This document shows, piece by piece, positions 22,876-32,317 of a stretch of 64,000 bases of DNA. Made by a program: the position numbers and the translations under genes. The DNA lies in the NCBI GenBank assembly GCA_032128875.1, contig JAVLKG010000010.1:96001-160000 (forward strand), read 5' to 3'. Under the pieces are notes generated by a model, which was not told the origin of the DNA, made no database searches, and was given only the letters and a program-made list of their open reading frames with translations. This stretch comes from Candidatus Melainabacteria bacterium 17Bon1m (lineage in GTDB: Bacteria; Cyanobacteriota; Vampirovibrionia; Obscuribacterales; Obscuribacteraceae). The stretch's first letter is position 1, and every line of letters begins with the position of its first letter.

Positions 22876-23826
22876 ATGCACACGCAGACAAAATCAGCCG
22901 ACCTCAAACTTTACCGGGAATATGATGCACCGCTTAGTGCAGTTTGGGATGCCTGGAGCAAGCCTGAGCAAATTGCAGAATGGTGGGGTCCGCGTGGATT
23001 TACGACGACAACTCACAGCAGAGATTTGAAAACTGGTGGTACCTGGAAGTACACCATGCATGGTCCTGACGAAGTCGACTACGAGAATTTCACGAAATAC
23101 CTAGAAGTGGAAAACCACAAAAAATTGGTGTACGACCATGGCGGTACAGAAACCTCCAATGCGCTCTTCCGAGTAACGGTCCTCTTTTCGCAAGAGAATG
23201 GCAAAACAAAAATGGATATGACGATGACCTTCCCAAATCCAGAAGCAGCCGAAACTTCTGCACGCTTTATTAAGAAAGCAGGTGGGGATGCCACCTGGGA
23301 TCGCCTGGCAGAATTCCTCGAACAGAAACTCAAGAGCAAAGAAAAATTTGTCATCAATCGTTCTTTCAACGCGCCGCTCGAAAAGATGTTTCAGCTCTGG
23401 TCTGACCCGGCAGAAGTGCAGAAGTGGGCTTGTCCAACCGGTTTTTCAATGACTTACAATTACGTCGATATAAAGGATGGCGGTAAGTCGTTTTACACCA
23501 TGTCTGATGGCAAGGACACAAAAATGCATGGTCGCTGCCAGTACCTCGAAGTTCGAAAGCCCGATCGCATTGTATATACGCAACAATTCTGCGATGAGAA
23601 TGAAAAGATTGTTCGTCATCCGATGGCACCGACCTGGCCGGAGAGCATGAAGACGACTGTTCAACTGACACCGGAAGGTGTTGATAGAACGCGCGTAACG
23701 CTAACGTGGGAGCAAGACGGAAATTGGACTGCTGAAGAGTTGGAAACATTCAAAAACGCTCGTGCAGGCATGACGCAGGGATGGACCGGCTCATTCGATA
23801 AACTCGAAGAGTACATCGGTTCGTAG
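22876..23826 (+). CDS. Tandem SRPBCC/AHSA1 domain protein
   Basis: Two repeats: REYDAPLSAVWDAWS...WWGPRGF and RSFNAPLEKMFQLWS...GWTGSFDKL. Confidence 0.9.
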   Translation: MHTQTKSADLKLYREYDAPLSAVWDAWSKPEQIAEWWGPRGFTTTTHSRDLKTGGTWKYTMHGPDEVDYENFTKYLEVENHKKLVYDHGGTETSNALFRVTVLFSQENGKTKMDMTMTFPNPEAAETSARFIKKAGGDATWDRLAEFLEQKLKSKEKFVINRSFNAPLEKMFQLWSDPAEVQKWACPTGFSMTYNYVDIKDGGKSFYTMSDGKDTKMHGRCQYLEVRKPDRIVYTQQFCDENEKIVRHPMAPTWPESMKTTVQLTPEGVDRTRVTLTWEQDGNWTAEELETFKNARAGMTQGWTGSFDKLEEYIGS

Positions 23827-23922
23827 AGGAGGCACATGTGCCTCTCTGTCAGGGAGCCGCATGCGGCTCCCCTACTTGACGCATGCGGCTCCTCTACAAG
23901 AAGGGCGCGTGCAACGCCCCCA
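23823..23922. repeat. REP cluster whose GTAG supplies the upstream gene's TAG stop
   Basis: GTAGAGGAGGCACATGTGCCTCTC; GGGAGCCGCATGCGGCTCCCCTAC; GCATGCGGCTCCTCTAC; GGGCGCGTGCAACGCCCCCAC. Confidence 0.8.
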
Positions 23923-23935
23923 CACCGCGAGCCTA

Positions 23936-26179
23936 TTACTTAAGTAACTTCTTGTGCAGATCGACTTTTGCGTCGAGAATGCCTTCCCACAGGTCGCCTA
24001 CTTGCTCGAGACGTTCTGGGACATTCCTAATGTTGAAGTCGGTCGGATAAATGTCTTCCAGTTCGTTCCACGAAATCGGAAGAGAAACATTAGCCATATC
24101 CGTGGCACGCACTGAATATGGTGGCGGCAATGTCTTATGCCGAGCATTCATATTGAAATCAAAGAACACCCTTCCAGTGCGCTTTTTGACAGCCCAATCG
24201 ATTGTTACTTCCTCCGGTCGCATCTTAGCTACGTGGGAAGCGATAGTACTGGCAAGCTGACGCACCGCATCGTTATCAACGTTTCTCACAATTGGAATGT
24301 AGATGTGCAAACCGGTCTTACCAGAGGTTTTGACAAACGAATTTAACTCAAGGTTATCCAGCATCTCTTTGAGCAAGAGCGCCAACTTTCTCGTCTTTGC
24401 AAACCCTTTTCGATGCAACTCCGGCTCGGCGTTTTCTTTTTCTTTTCCGCTGTAGAGATAGGGGTCGAGATCAAGAACCATAAAGTCGGGATAATTCAAA
24501 ATAGAACTTTCAATGTTTTCGACAGAACCTTTTACTTTCTTAGAAATCTTTGCCCCGTCAGGCTCCGCATCAATGCGGCTATGCACGGCGTGAAGTTCAA
24601 GTGATGCAACTTGCCCGCACCAGATCAAAGTCGATAGATTGTTGCAGAGCAAATATTCTTCGTCTGCGTTCGCATGCTCTGAAAAATACTCGATGGTTTC
24701 TACAAATGGTGGCAGCCCTTTTTCCCAATGCTTTTGGAAAAACTTTTGCCCGTCGGTACCGTTCGGATAACGAATCAAAGTGAAAGGACGTCCGTGCGCA
24801 AACCGTAAAAGCGGATCAGAAACCTGAATCAGGTAATTGATGTAGTCGCGCTTAGTTGCAGGCTTCGCACTTCTTGGCTTACCAGGAAAAAGTATTTTGT
24901 TCAAACTCGTAAGTTTGATAATGTTTGCTTCTACATCAAGATTGAGCTCATCCTTCTTGTTGTCTAGCTGCGCAAGCAAATCATCTCGCAGCGCGGTCGT
25001 TTTCGTTACACTCGATTTGTTTTTCTTTCGATTAATTGGCACAACTTCTGCAACTTTCTTCGTTGGCTTTTTCGCAGCTTCTCCCATAGATGATACCTCT
25101 GAAATTGGCACAACAACTTCCGGTCGTGCTTCGCTTGGCTTCTTATCTGTGCGCACTTGAAGGAAAACAGGCATGCGCAGTTTGTTATCCATTGTCCATT
25201 CGGCATACTTAATTTCGACAACCATCTCTGGTTTGAGCCATGAGGCGATTGCCTTAGCCATTGGGCGGACACTAAAGGGGCAGGTCGAAGTTTTCAAAGG
25301 CTGCATAACCTTGAAAAGTTTTTCGCGAGTCGAATCGTTAAAACCAGTACCTACCGAACCAGCATAGACAAGCTGGTCATCAGAGTTGATGACACCCAAG
25401 ACGAGGGCACCAAAGGAGTCTTCGCGCGAACCTTTACCTTCTGTGTAGCCACAGACGAGAAATTCTGAAGTCTTCGCCGCTTTGAGTTTCAACCAAGTAG
25501 GAACACGTTTTCCAGGCAAATAGAGACTGTCAACTTTTTTTGCGATCACGCCTTCCAAGCCGTTTTCCAGGCAAGCAAGAAAAGCCTTGTTTCCATCCGC
25601 ACCAAGGTCATCGACTCGCCTGACGTCATTCGACTCAACAAGATATCGTTTAAGCAACGCCTTTCGTTCTGTCAGAGGTTTGGCGATGGTCTTCTTTCCA
25701 TCCACCGATAAAATGTCGAAGACATAAAAACGTATTGGAATATGTTTTTTAGAGCGGTCAAGCTTACCGCGACCACGCAATCCAGACGCCTGCTGAAGAA
25801 GTTGAAACGATGTGCGTCCCTTCTCATCAAACGCTACGATTTCGCCATCCAAAACAAGGTCGTTCTTGCTTTTTTCCAACGATTCGACGAGCTCCGGATA
25901 ACGACTAGTAAGGTCCAATCCACGTCGTGACAAGATTTTCACATCGCCGCCGCTCACATATGCAATAGCCCTGATACCATCGAACTTTGGCTCGAAGACC
26001 CATCCTTCTTTGGAAAATGGTTCTTCCGCCATGGAGGCGAGCATGGGCGGAATGGGCTCGAGCTGACGCTTGCGAGCTACGCGTTTTTTATCAGGCGATT
26101 TTTGTCCAGACCGCTGGGGCGCTGGTGAGGCATTGACTTTCGCCTCGGCGCTGCGCGGTTTGGTTGGCTTTTTTGACAT
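23936..26179 (-). CDS. ligD: NHEJ DNA ligase D (ligase + primase-polymerase, no phosphoesterase domain)
   Basis: EPKFDGIRA, LDGEIV, EGVIAK, WLKLK; C-terminal RYPNG, FFQKH, DLDP, KTSGKTGLHI. Confidence 0.95.
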   Translation of the reverse strand: MSKKPTKPRSAEAKVNASPAPQRSGQKSPDKKRVARKRQLEPIPPMLASMAEEPFSKEGWVFEPKFDGIRAIAYVSGGDVKILSRRGLDLTSRYPELVESLEKSKNDLVLDGEIVAFDEKGRTSFQLLQQASGLRGRGKLDRSKKHIPIRFYVFDILSVDGKKTIAKPLTERKALLKRYLVESNDVRRVDDLGADGNKAFLACLENGLEGVIAKKVDSLYLPGKRVPTWLKLKAAKTSEFLVCGYTEGKGSREDSFGALVLGVINSDDQLVYAGSVGTGFNDSTREKLFKVMQPLKTSTCPFSVRPMAKAIASWLKPEMVVEIKYAEWTMDNKLRMPVFLQVRTDKKPSEARPEVVVPISEVSSMGEAAKKPTKKVAEVVPINRKKNKSSVTKTTALRDDLLAQLDNKKDELNLDVEANIIKLTSLNKILFPGKPRSAKPATKRDYINYLIQVSDPLLRFAHGRPFTLIRYPNGTDGQKFFQKHWEKGLPPFVETIEYFSEHANADEEYLLCNNLSTLIWCGQVASLELHAVHSRIDAEPDGAKISKKVKGSVENIESSILNYPDFMVLDLDPYLYSGKEKENAEPELHRKGFAKTRKLALLLKEMLDNLELNSFVKTSGKTGLHIYIPIVRNVDNDAVRQLASTIASHVAKMRPEEVTIDWAVKKRTGRVFFDFNMNARHKTLPPPYSVRATDMANVSLPISWNELEDIYPTDFNIRNVPERLEQVGDLWEGILDAKVDLHKKLLK

Positions 26180-26235
26180 ATCACTTGCCTTGAGTCTGGA
26201 ATCAAGCTAAATGCCCACTCAATTAGCTGTGGGTG

Positions 26236-26261
26236 AGACGCCCGTGTACCTTACTTGTTCC
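26236..26261 (-). promoter_or_regulatory. ECF-sigma-type promoter GGAAC-N17-GTCT for ligD
   Basis: Minus strand GGAAC AAGTAAGGTACACGGGC GTCT. Confidence 0.72.
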
Positions 26262-26286
26262 ATTAGAGTTTGTTTGCGAAAGTCTG

Positions 26287-26312
26287 GGAACTACGCCAAT
26301 TCCACCCCGTCC
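26287..26312 (+). promoter_or_regulatory. ECF-sigma-type promoter GGAAC-N17-GTCC for ku
   Basis: GGAAC TACGCCAATTCCACCCC GTCC. Confidence 0.72.
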
Positions 26313-26341
26313 AACCGACTGAGTTTCCAGGAGAAATTGTC

Positions 26342-27343
26342 ATGCCACGAGCAATGTGGAGCGGAGTTATCGGTTTTGGAATGGTCAGCATTCCTATAAA
26401 ACTGTACGCAGCAACCGAAAGCCGGAACGTAAGTTTTCACCAACTTCATAGTGTCTGCCAAACTCGCATCAAAGAAGTGCGTTGGTGCCCTACCTGCGAC
26501 CGAGAAGTGCCGTGGGAAGAGGTGCAAAAAGGTTTTGAATACTCCAAAGGCGATTACGTTATGCTCGAGGATGAAGACTTCAAAAAGCTTCCGATTCCAA
26601 GCAAGGATACGATTGACGTATCGTCATTTTGTACGGTCGAAGAAGTCGACCCTGTGTACTTTGAAAAACACTATTATCTAGAACCTGAGAAAAACGGCAA
26701 GAGACCATTTGATCTATTCGTGCGCGCTCTTATCGAGAAAAATATGCTGGGCATTGCCAGTATTACACTGAGAACCAAAGAAAGGCTCTGCGTGCTGCGC
26801 CCTGTCGGCTCGCACCTAATGATGTCCACGTTACTTTATCCAGACGAGCTGCGAATTGATCCGTCTGAGGATCTGCCAGAGCACAAAGTCACTAAGCAAG
26901 AATTGGCGATGGCAACCAACCTCATAGATTTGCTGACGGAGGATTTCGAACCGAAGAAATATGAGGACAGATATCGTGCCGCGTTGATGGAAGTCATTGA
27001 AGCGAAGCTTGAAGGTCAGCCAGTCAAACAAGAGAAGCATCGCGCTGCTCAAGGCGAAGTTGTAGACCTTTTGGAAGCTCTGAAAAACAGTGTCAGCAAC
27101 GTAAAATCTGGAGGAAAGAAAGCAGCGAGAGGCACAGATACAGAAGAATCGGCCGACGAAGAAGAAAACGTAGTGCCGCTGAAGCGCGGCGCGAAAAAAA
27201 GCGGCACAAGAAAGACTCCCGCGAAATCTGCGGCGCGTGCGCACAAGGCATCAGGCATCGGGCGCATAGCTAAGACAAAGACAGCCACCAAAAAGAGCTC
27301 AAAAACCAGCGCCAAATCTAAATCGAAGAAGCGTTCGGCTTAA
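26342..27343 (+). CDS. ku: NHEJ Ku protein with basic C-terminal tail
   Basis: MPRAMWSGVIGFGMVSIPIKLY, VQKGFEY, YFEKHYYLEP, VVDLLEALKNS; GGAGA RBS before ATG 26342. Confidence 0.96.
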   Translation: MPRAMWSGVIGFGMVSIPIKLYAATESRNVSFHQLHSVCQTRIKEVRWCPTCDREVPWEEVQKGFEYSKGDYVMLEDEDFKKLPIPSKDTIDVSSFCTVEEVDPVYFEKHYYLEPEKNGKRPFDLFVRALIEKNMLGIASITLRTKERLCVLRPVGSHLMMSTLLYPDELRIDPSEDLPEHKVTKQELAMATNLIDLLTEDFEPKKYEDRYRAALMEVIEAKLEGQPVKQEKHRAAQGEVVDLLEALKNSVSNVKSGGKKAARGTDTEESADEEENVVPLKRGAKKSGTRKTPAKSAARAHKASGIGRIAKTKTATKKSSKTSAKSKSKKRSA

Positions 27344-27363
27344 GGTTCCATTTATGGAAAATG

Positions 27364-27389
27364 GGAACTTTTTGCTAGAGAGTGTGTCT
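27364..27389 (+). promoter_or_regulatory. ECF-sigma-type promoter GGAAC-N17-GTCT for the small ORF
   Basis: GGAAC TTTTTGCTAGAGAGTGT GTCT. Confidence 0.7.
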
Positions 27390-27414
27390 TCAAGTAAACC
27401 AACGGAGTTGTGTT

Positions 27415-27546
27415 ATGCAACCTTTATTCCGAAAGATAGCATTAGCGGTCGCATCTGCCATGGTCCTTTCGCTCGCAACCGAAATAATCAAAGTGCTGGA
27501 GCGCAAGCTCGGCAATAAAGATGAGGGCGCGAAAGCCAGAGCATAG
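27415..27546 (+). CDS. Putative 43-aa small membrane-associated protein
   Basis: GGAG RBS; MQPLFRKIALAVASAMVLSLATEIIKVLERKLGNKDEGAKARA*; has its own candidate promoter and terminator. Confidence 0.62.
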   Translation: MQPLFRKIALAVASAMVLSLATEIIKVLERKLGNKDEGAKARA

Positions 27547-27588
27547 ATAGCGCTAAACGGCGGTCCGTGAACTTAACCGGACAACCAA

Positions 27589-27634
27589 GACCACAGAGGT
27601 CAGGGCATCACGCTCGACCTCTGCGGTCGTTTTT
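27589..27634 (+). terminator. Intrinsic terminator-like hairpin
   Basis: GACCACAGAGGTC...GACCTCTGCGGTC followed by GTTTTT. Confidence 0.55.
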
Positions 27635-27721
27635 ACAGGGTTAACAATCCAACGGCAGCCCAGTCTCTAACCGGGCGATACCGCGGTAGCGGCGAATTTT
27701 CCATTCGACTAAAAGTTTGAG

Positions 27722-27747
27722 GGAACTTACTCACGTAGAGAAAGTCC
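27722..27747 (+). promoter_or_regulatory. ECF-sigma-type promoter GGAAC-N17-GTCC for the cupin gene
   Basis: GGAAC TTACTCACGTAGAGAAA GTCC. Confidence 0.7.
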
Positions 27748-27851
27748 ATCCAAAAGCTGCCTACCGGTGTAAGCCGACTAAGAGTTGTAGCTCCGAAGGC
27801 CATTTCAATTGAGTGCGTTGTTTGAACAGTTTTTCAACAGAGGATCGACCA

Positions 27852-28250
27852 ATGGGTGATACTACAGTCAAAAAGATTGATTCCGCGTTTTCTCCAAAAG
27901 GAGATATGGGTCAAAAGTATCTTGCATCGGGGAAGCATGTGTCCATGCGCTTGTGGGAGAAAGAACCACCGACCAACGGTAATGGCAAAGCTGATACCAA
28001 GCGTGAATATGAAACTGTCGGATACGTAATCAGCGGTAAGGCGACTCTCCATTGCGAAGGGCAAACAATCAATTTGGAGCAAGGCAATTCATGGACGGTG
28101 CCCGCTAACGCCAGCCACCACTACGAAATTTTAGAAGAGTTTACTGCAGTAGAAGCTACCTCTCCGCCCGCCGAAGTGCATGGACGCGATAGCTGCTGCA
28201 ACGAGAAAGAGTTGGGCGAGATTACACTTAATTTCCAGGCAGGATCGTAA
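27852..28250 (+). CDS. Cupin domain protein
   Basis: YETVGYVISGKATL...GNSWTVPANASHHY; GAGG RBS before ATG 27852. Confidence 0.88.
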   Translation: MGDTTVKKIDSAFSPKGDMGQKYLASGKHVSMRLWEKEPPTNGNGKADTKREYETVGYVISGKATLHCEGQTINLEQGNSWTVPANASHHYEILEEFTAVEATSPPAEVHGRDSCCNEKELGEITLNFQAGS

Positions 28251-28260
28251 CCTAAACCTC

Positions 28261-30783
28261 CTAGGGTTTAGCGGGACCTTCTGGTTTTGCCGGAGCCGCA
28301 GCCGGATTTTCAGTCTGCCCTGGTACCGCCACCGGTGCTGCTGCAGGCGTCGCTGCCGGCGCAGCGGTTGATGTAGCAGATGGAGCTGGCGATGGCGTAA
28401 CCGATTGCGCTGGTGCCGGAGCAGCTGCTGGTGCTGGGGCAGCAGACGGAGCTGGCGCAGACTTTCGCATCTCCTGATCTAGATATTTTTTGATCTCATC
28501 GGGTGGAACGACCGGCATATTGGTTTCAATTTTAGGATCAAGCGACAAAGCCTTGGCTTTGAACGCTGCCGCTCGCGCTGCATTCTTTTCTGCTCTAGCG
28601 ATGAAATACTGCAAGTAATTCACTTGAGCTTCATCCCCACCTAACTTACTTGCAGTCTCGACGGCTTCTTTGGCTTCGTCAATTCTATTCAATTCAAGCG
28701 CCGCACGAGCGAACAATAGTTGTCCTTCGGCAGTGGGAAGCTCTTTCATACTTCTTTCCATCAGCTTATAAGCTTGCGGAATGAGACTGGGCAACCTGCT
28801 ACCCAGATAAGCCGTAACGATCGGCTCGACGTATTGTTTGTTGCGTTGGTCTTGTACAAAACCCTGCTGCAACTCATAAATGGAAGGTACATATTCTTTG
28901 TTGTTGAGCAAATGCATGCCCATCAAATAGTGAAGTTGTGCCGTATCACCGAGCACGGCTCTTGCCTCATCGACGAGTTGCTTCACGCGCCCGTAGTCGC
29001 CCTGGCGGACTAATGCGTCTGCCAACTGAGCCTGGCACTGCGCAACGATAATGGAGGAAGCTTTGTTTTCTTGCGCGAGTTTGAGAGCAGTTTCAAACTC
29101 CTTAAAAGCCTCGGTGTTCGCTCCTTCATACTGCTGAATTCTTCCCAGCAACAAGTGAGCAAGCGGCGATTGGGGATCAAGTTTTAGAGCCTCGTCTGCT
29201 TCCTTTTTCGCATCCGGGGTCTTCTTCTCGTTCAAAGCAATGAAGCCGAGCTTGGCGTGAGCGCGTGCACTCTGAGAGTTCGTTTTAAGGACTTCTTTCC
29301 ATAGTGCCGCTTCAGAAGACCAGGCGAGCGCGCGCCAATTCGACAATCCAGCCAACCCGACAAAGAGAATAGCGAGCGAAGCTGCGACTTGTTTGAAGGA
29401 AACGATTGCCATTTTGGAGATCAAATAACCAATGACAATCGAAAGTCCTATTAGAGAAATGTAATAGCGAGCATCAGACACAACCTCGCCTTGTGGGAGC
29501 ACAAAGTCAGGGAACGGACCGATTAACGTGAGGGTGAGACCCAAGACTAGGGGCGGAACAGATCGGAATTTATAAGCAAGGAAAGCGATACCGGCAAAGG
29601 CAGCTACACCCAACAAAGCAAGAGGATCAGTAAAACCTGTTGCCACTACCAGTGGTGGTTCAACAGAAAGACCGCCTGGCACTGCAAAACAACGCAAGAA
29701 GTATGTGACGAAGGCCTTGAACTGAGATGCCAAATATTGATCAAACGGCAACGTCGCAAGACCGATGCCGTTATTGAGGGTGGTCGGAATTCCTCTGGTA
29801 ATAACGTAGATTATCGCGGCTGAAACCATGCCAATAATTGTCAGATCGGACCAGCGCAATTTCACGAACTCGTCGAAGCTCATATCCGCAGGCTTTGCGA
29901 GGATAGCAAGACAGGACAGCGCTATAGGCAAAGTTATCGCGGCGGGGCCGGAGAGCACAGCCATGACAACGCACGCCAACATAGCTGTATAGAGAAGCAC
30001 CATATTCAGTGGCTTGCGCGCAACAAATCCTGCAAAGAACAACAACATTGCCAGAACGTAGTTCGCACCTACCAATGCCATTTCGCGCCCAGGAATATAA
30101 GAAATAATCTCGGATGCTAGAGGATGACAGGCAAGCATACCGGCGGAGGCAAAGGCGAAATGCTCAGGTTTCACAGCGATGCGGTTCTCGAATCTCCAAT
30201 ACCTGCCGAGTTGAAACACGAGAAAGAACAAATAAAGACAAGTGAGCGCATGTAAAGTCAGGTTGACCATGTGAAACCAAATCAGACTTGTTGATTTCAG
30301 ATCTAAGGCCAGACCTACATTTGTCCACAAATTCGAAAGAGGCGTAGACAGTCCACTGCCAACCAAACGAGACCAGAATTCGTCACTGTTGGCGCCCATT
30401 TTGAGCGGAGTCAATATCAACTGGTCATTGAGAACGAACTGACCGAACAAACCGGTGATATGCGAAAAAATTGCCAAGACGCAAACGATAGTAGCGGCAA
30501 TTGAAATTGTTTTCCAATCAATCGCATCTACATCAGCCAGGGCATCCGCGTCTGATGAGGACGAAGCAGTCGCTCTGGCCGATTTGCTCTTGGGCTTCGG
30601 AACGCTCGGAACCCGTGTCGGTCTTGCGTCCCACATACGAAACATGTTCTCGTTCTTGAGCTCGCGCTTGCCTTCACCGGCATCGGAAGAGGATTTACCA
30701 TCGGTAGAAGTGACAGCAGACTCAGCCTTCTCTGTTGTGTTCTCACCAGCCTGCTTCTGCTTCTTATTCTTCGCTTTGCTCAT
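28261..30783 (-). CDS. Multi-pass membrane protein with C-terminal TPRs (TMTC-like / GT-C fold)
   Basis: FHMVNLTLHAL, HPLASEIISYIPGR and DARYYIS; about 11 hydrophobic segments, then TPRs and an Ala/Pro/Ser/Thr tail. Confidence 0.75.
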   Translation of the reverse strand: MSKAKNKKQKQAGENTTEKAESAVTSTDGKSSSDAGEGKRELKNENMFRMWDARPTRVPSVPKPKSKSARATASSSSDADALADVDAIDWKTISIAATIVCVLAIFSHITGLFGQFVLNDQLILTPLKMGANSDEFWSRLVGSGLSTPLSNLWTNVGLALDLKSTSLIWFHMVNLTLHALTCLYLFFLVFQLGRYWRFENRIAVKPEHFAFASAGMLACHPLASEIISYIPGREMALVGANYVLAMLLFFAGFVARKPLNMVLLYTAMLACVVMAVLSGPAAITLPIALSCLAILAKPADMSFDEFVKLRWSDLTIIGMVSAAIIYVITRGIPTTLNNGIGLATLPFDQYLASQFKAFVTYFLRCFAVPGGLSVEPPLVVATGFTDPLALLGVAAFAGIAFLAYKFRSVPPLVLGLTLTLIGPFPDFVLPQGEVVSDARYYISLIGLSIVIGYLISKMAIVSFKQVAASLAILFVGLAGLSNWRALAWSSEAALWKEVLKTNSQSARAHAKLGFIALNEKKTPDAKKEADEALKLDPQSPLAHLLLGRIQQYEGANTEAFKEFETALKLAQENKASSIIVAQCQAQLADALVRQGDYGRVKQLVDEARAVLGDTAQLHYLMGMHLLNNKEYVPSIYELQQGFVQDQRNKQYVEPIVTAYLGSRLPSLIPQAYKLMERSMKELPTAEGQLLFARAALELNRIDEAKEAVETASKLGGDEAQVNYLQYFIARAEKNAARAAAFKAKALSLDPKIETNMPVVPPDEIKKYLDQEMRKSAPAPSAAPAPAAAPAPAQSVTPSPAPSATSTAAPAATPAAAPVAVPGQTENPAAAPAKPEGPAKP

Positions 30784-30859
30784 TGTTTTTATCGCTTTTT
30801 ACTTTTGATCTGTTTTACGGTAACCCGGTTTCCTAGCAAGTTTTTGTCGTTTTCTACTC

Positions 30860-32317
30860 TTAGCCAATCTCTTTCGCCATTCGTCCAAGCAAACGACTGA
30901 AAAGCCTTGGCGATGCAAATCCGGAATCAAAGAATTGTGCTTTGTCCTTCGGCAACTGACTGACCTGCACCACTTCTTTGTCTAGCAAGAAATATGCTTC
31001 ATAGAAATCGGCGATGCTAACCTCGTGCACCTTCTTGGTCATAGCTTGCGCTTTCACATAGAGGATTGCAGTAAGAAAATTCGCGACAATATTGTTGTAA
31101 CCAGCGACCACAGAAAGCCCGCTCATCGATGGTCCGCAGAAGCCTTTGCTGAACACTTTCATATAGAGATAACGGCGCAAAAACTGATTGATTTCCGGAG
31201 ACAAGTCACCGACTTTGTACTTACGCACATCAGGAATGCTGACCACGCCCGTATCAGGAAATTCAATTTTCGCCCCGAGTACAGAGCGGAAACCAGCCTT
31301 CAAAACCTTCGGCTCCATCAGCGGACTCTTGTTAGCTGCAGCCCAGTTGGCGGCGTACTGTTTGCGCAAAAGAGGCCATTCAAAACTGCGGAAACACTGG
31401 AGATTGAAAAGCATGTTCTCGAATGTTGTCGGCGGCTCTTGCTTATAGCGCTCGATGGTTTCAGGAGGGATTGCCAACCCCGACAGCTGACTCAAATCTT
31501 CGCCTTTATTCTTGATCTTGAGAGCTTCAAGAAGCAGTTCTCCAGCGGCAATGAGAGTGTCAAAAATATTCGGATGCTCTTGCGACTTGATGAGTTCAAT
31601 CAAGCGGCTATCGATATGCATGTACTCTTGCCAGGTCAAGGCGACGCCGGGCACTAAATTGACGTCGTATTTAACCGCCTTCAGATTTTCAGCGGTAATC
31701 TTGGATGCGACGTCGGAAACCTGCTGAGTACTGCGTCCTTGGGCACGTTCATGATCAACCGTCTGCTGCCAAATTTCAGCCAGCATTTTGCGCTGGTCCG
31801 TAAGCAGGTTACCCAAGTTGCGCACCGAAGCCATGCTGTTCGACACGACGCTCACGAAGATACCTGAAGGTGTAGGCACGAAAGTGTAAGGAAACAGCTT
31901 GCACATCTCTGGCTTCTGCGACTCACCAAGCGACGCGTGGATAAAGCAGAGATTGTCGAAGAGAAACGGACAGGTGCCATCTGGACGAGACTTAGTGAAA
32001 TATGGATACATCGAATAGCCGGCTTCGAATTCTTTGCGCCGGTCGATGAAGAGCTCTTGCCCTTTCAATTCTTCCTTGAGCTCGCCGAAATCAACATCTT
32101 TGACGCGAGCATAATCTTCATCAGTAAGACCTACTGCCCAACCAGAGCAGCAACGACCACAACCCTGACAGTTGTATCGAATGTCCTCAGGAATGATGAG
32201 AGGCAGTTCGTTCTCGCCGCCCTTATCGTCATTTTGAACTGTATTGCCGTATGTCATGCCGCTCTCAAAACTCCGACTTTCCTGACTGAACCCATTCGCT
32301 GAATGACGGCGGCTCAC
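30860..32317 (-). CDS. YkgJ/FliB-like cysteine-cluster (CxxCxxCC) protein
   Basis: CQGCGRCCSG, CPFL...CFIH...KPEMCKLFP. Start uncertain (ATG 32257 is an alternative). Confidence 0.82.
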   Translation of the reverse strand: MSRRHSANGFSQESRSFESGMTYGNTVQNDDKGGENELPLIIPEDIRYNCQGCGRCCSGWAVGLTDEDYARVKDVDFGELKEELKGQELFIDRRKEFEAGYSMYPYFTKSRPDGTCPFLFDNLCFIHASLGESQKPEMCKLFPYTFVPTPSGIFVSVVSNSMASVRNLGNLLTDQRKMLAEIWQQTVDHERAQGRSTQQVSDVASKITAENLKAVKYDVNLVPGVALTWQEYMHIDSRLIELIKSQEHPNIFDTLIAAGELLLEALKIKNKGEDLSQLSGLAIPPETIERYKQEPPTTFENMLFNLQCFRSFEWPLLRKQYAANWAAANKSPLMEPKVLKAGFRSVLGAKIEFPDTGVVSIPDVRKYKVGDLSPEINQFLRRYLYMKVFSKGFCGPSMSGLSVVAGYNNIVANFLTAILYVKAQAMTKKVHEVSIADFYEAYFLLDKEVVQVSQLPKDKAQFFDSGFASPRLFSRLLGRMAKEIG

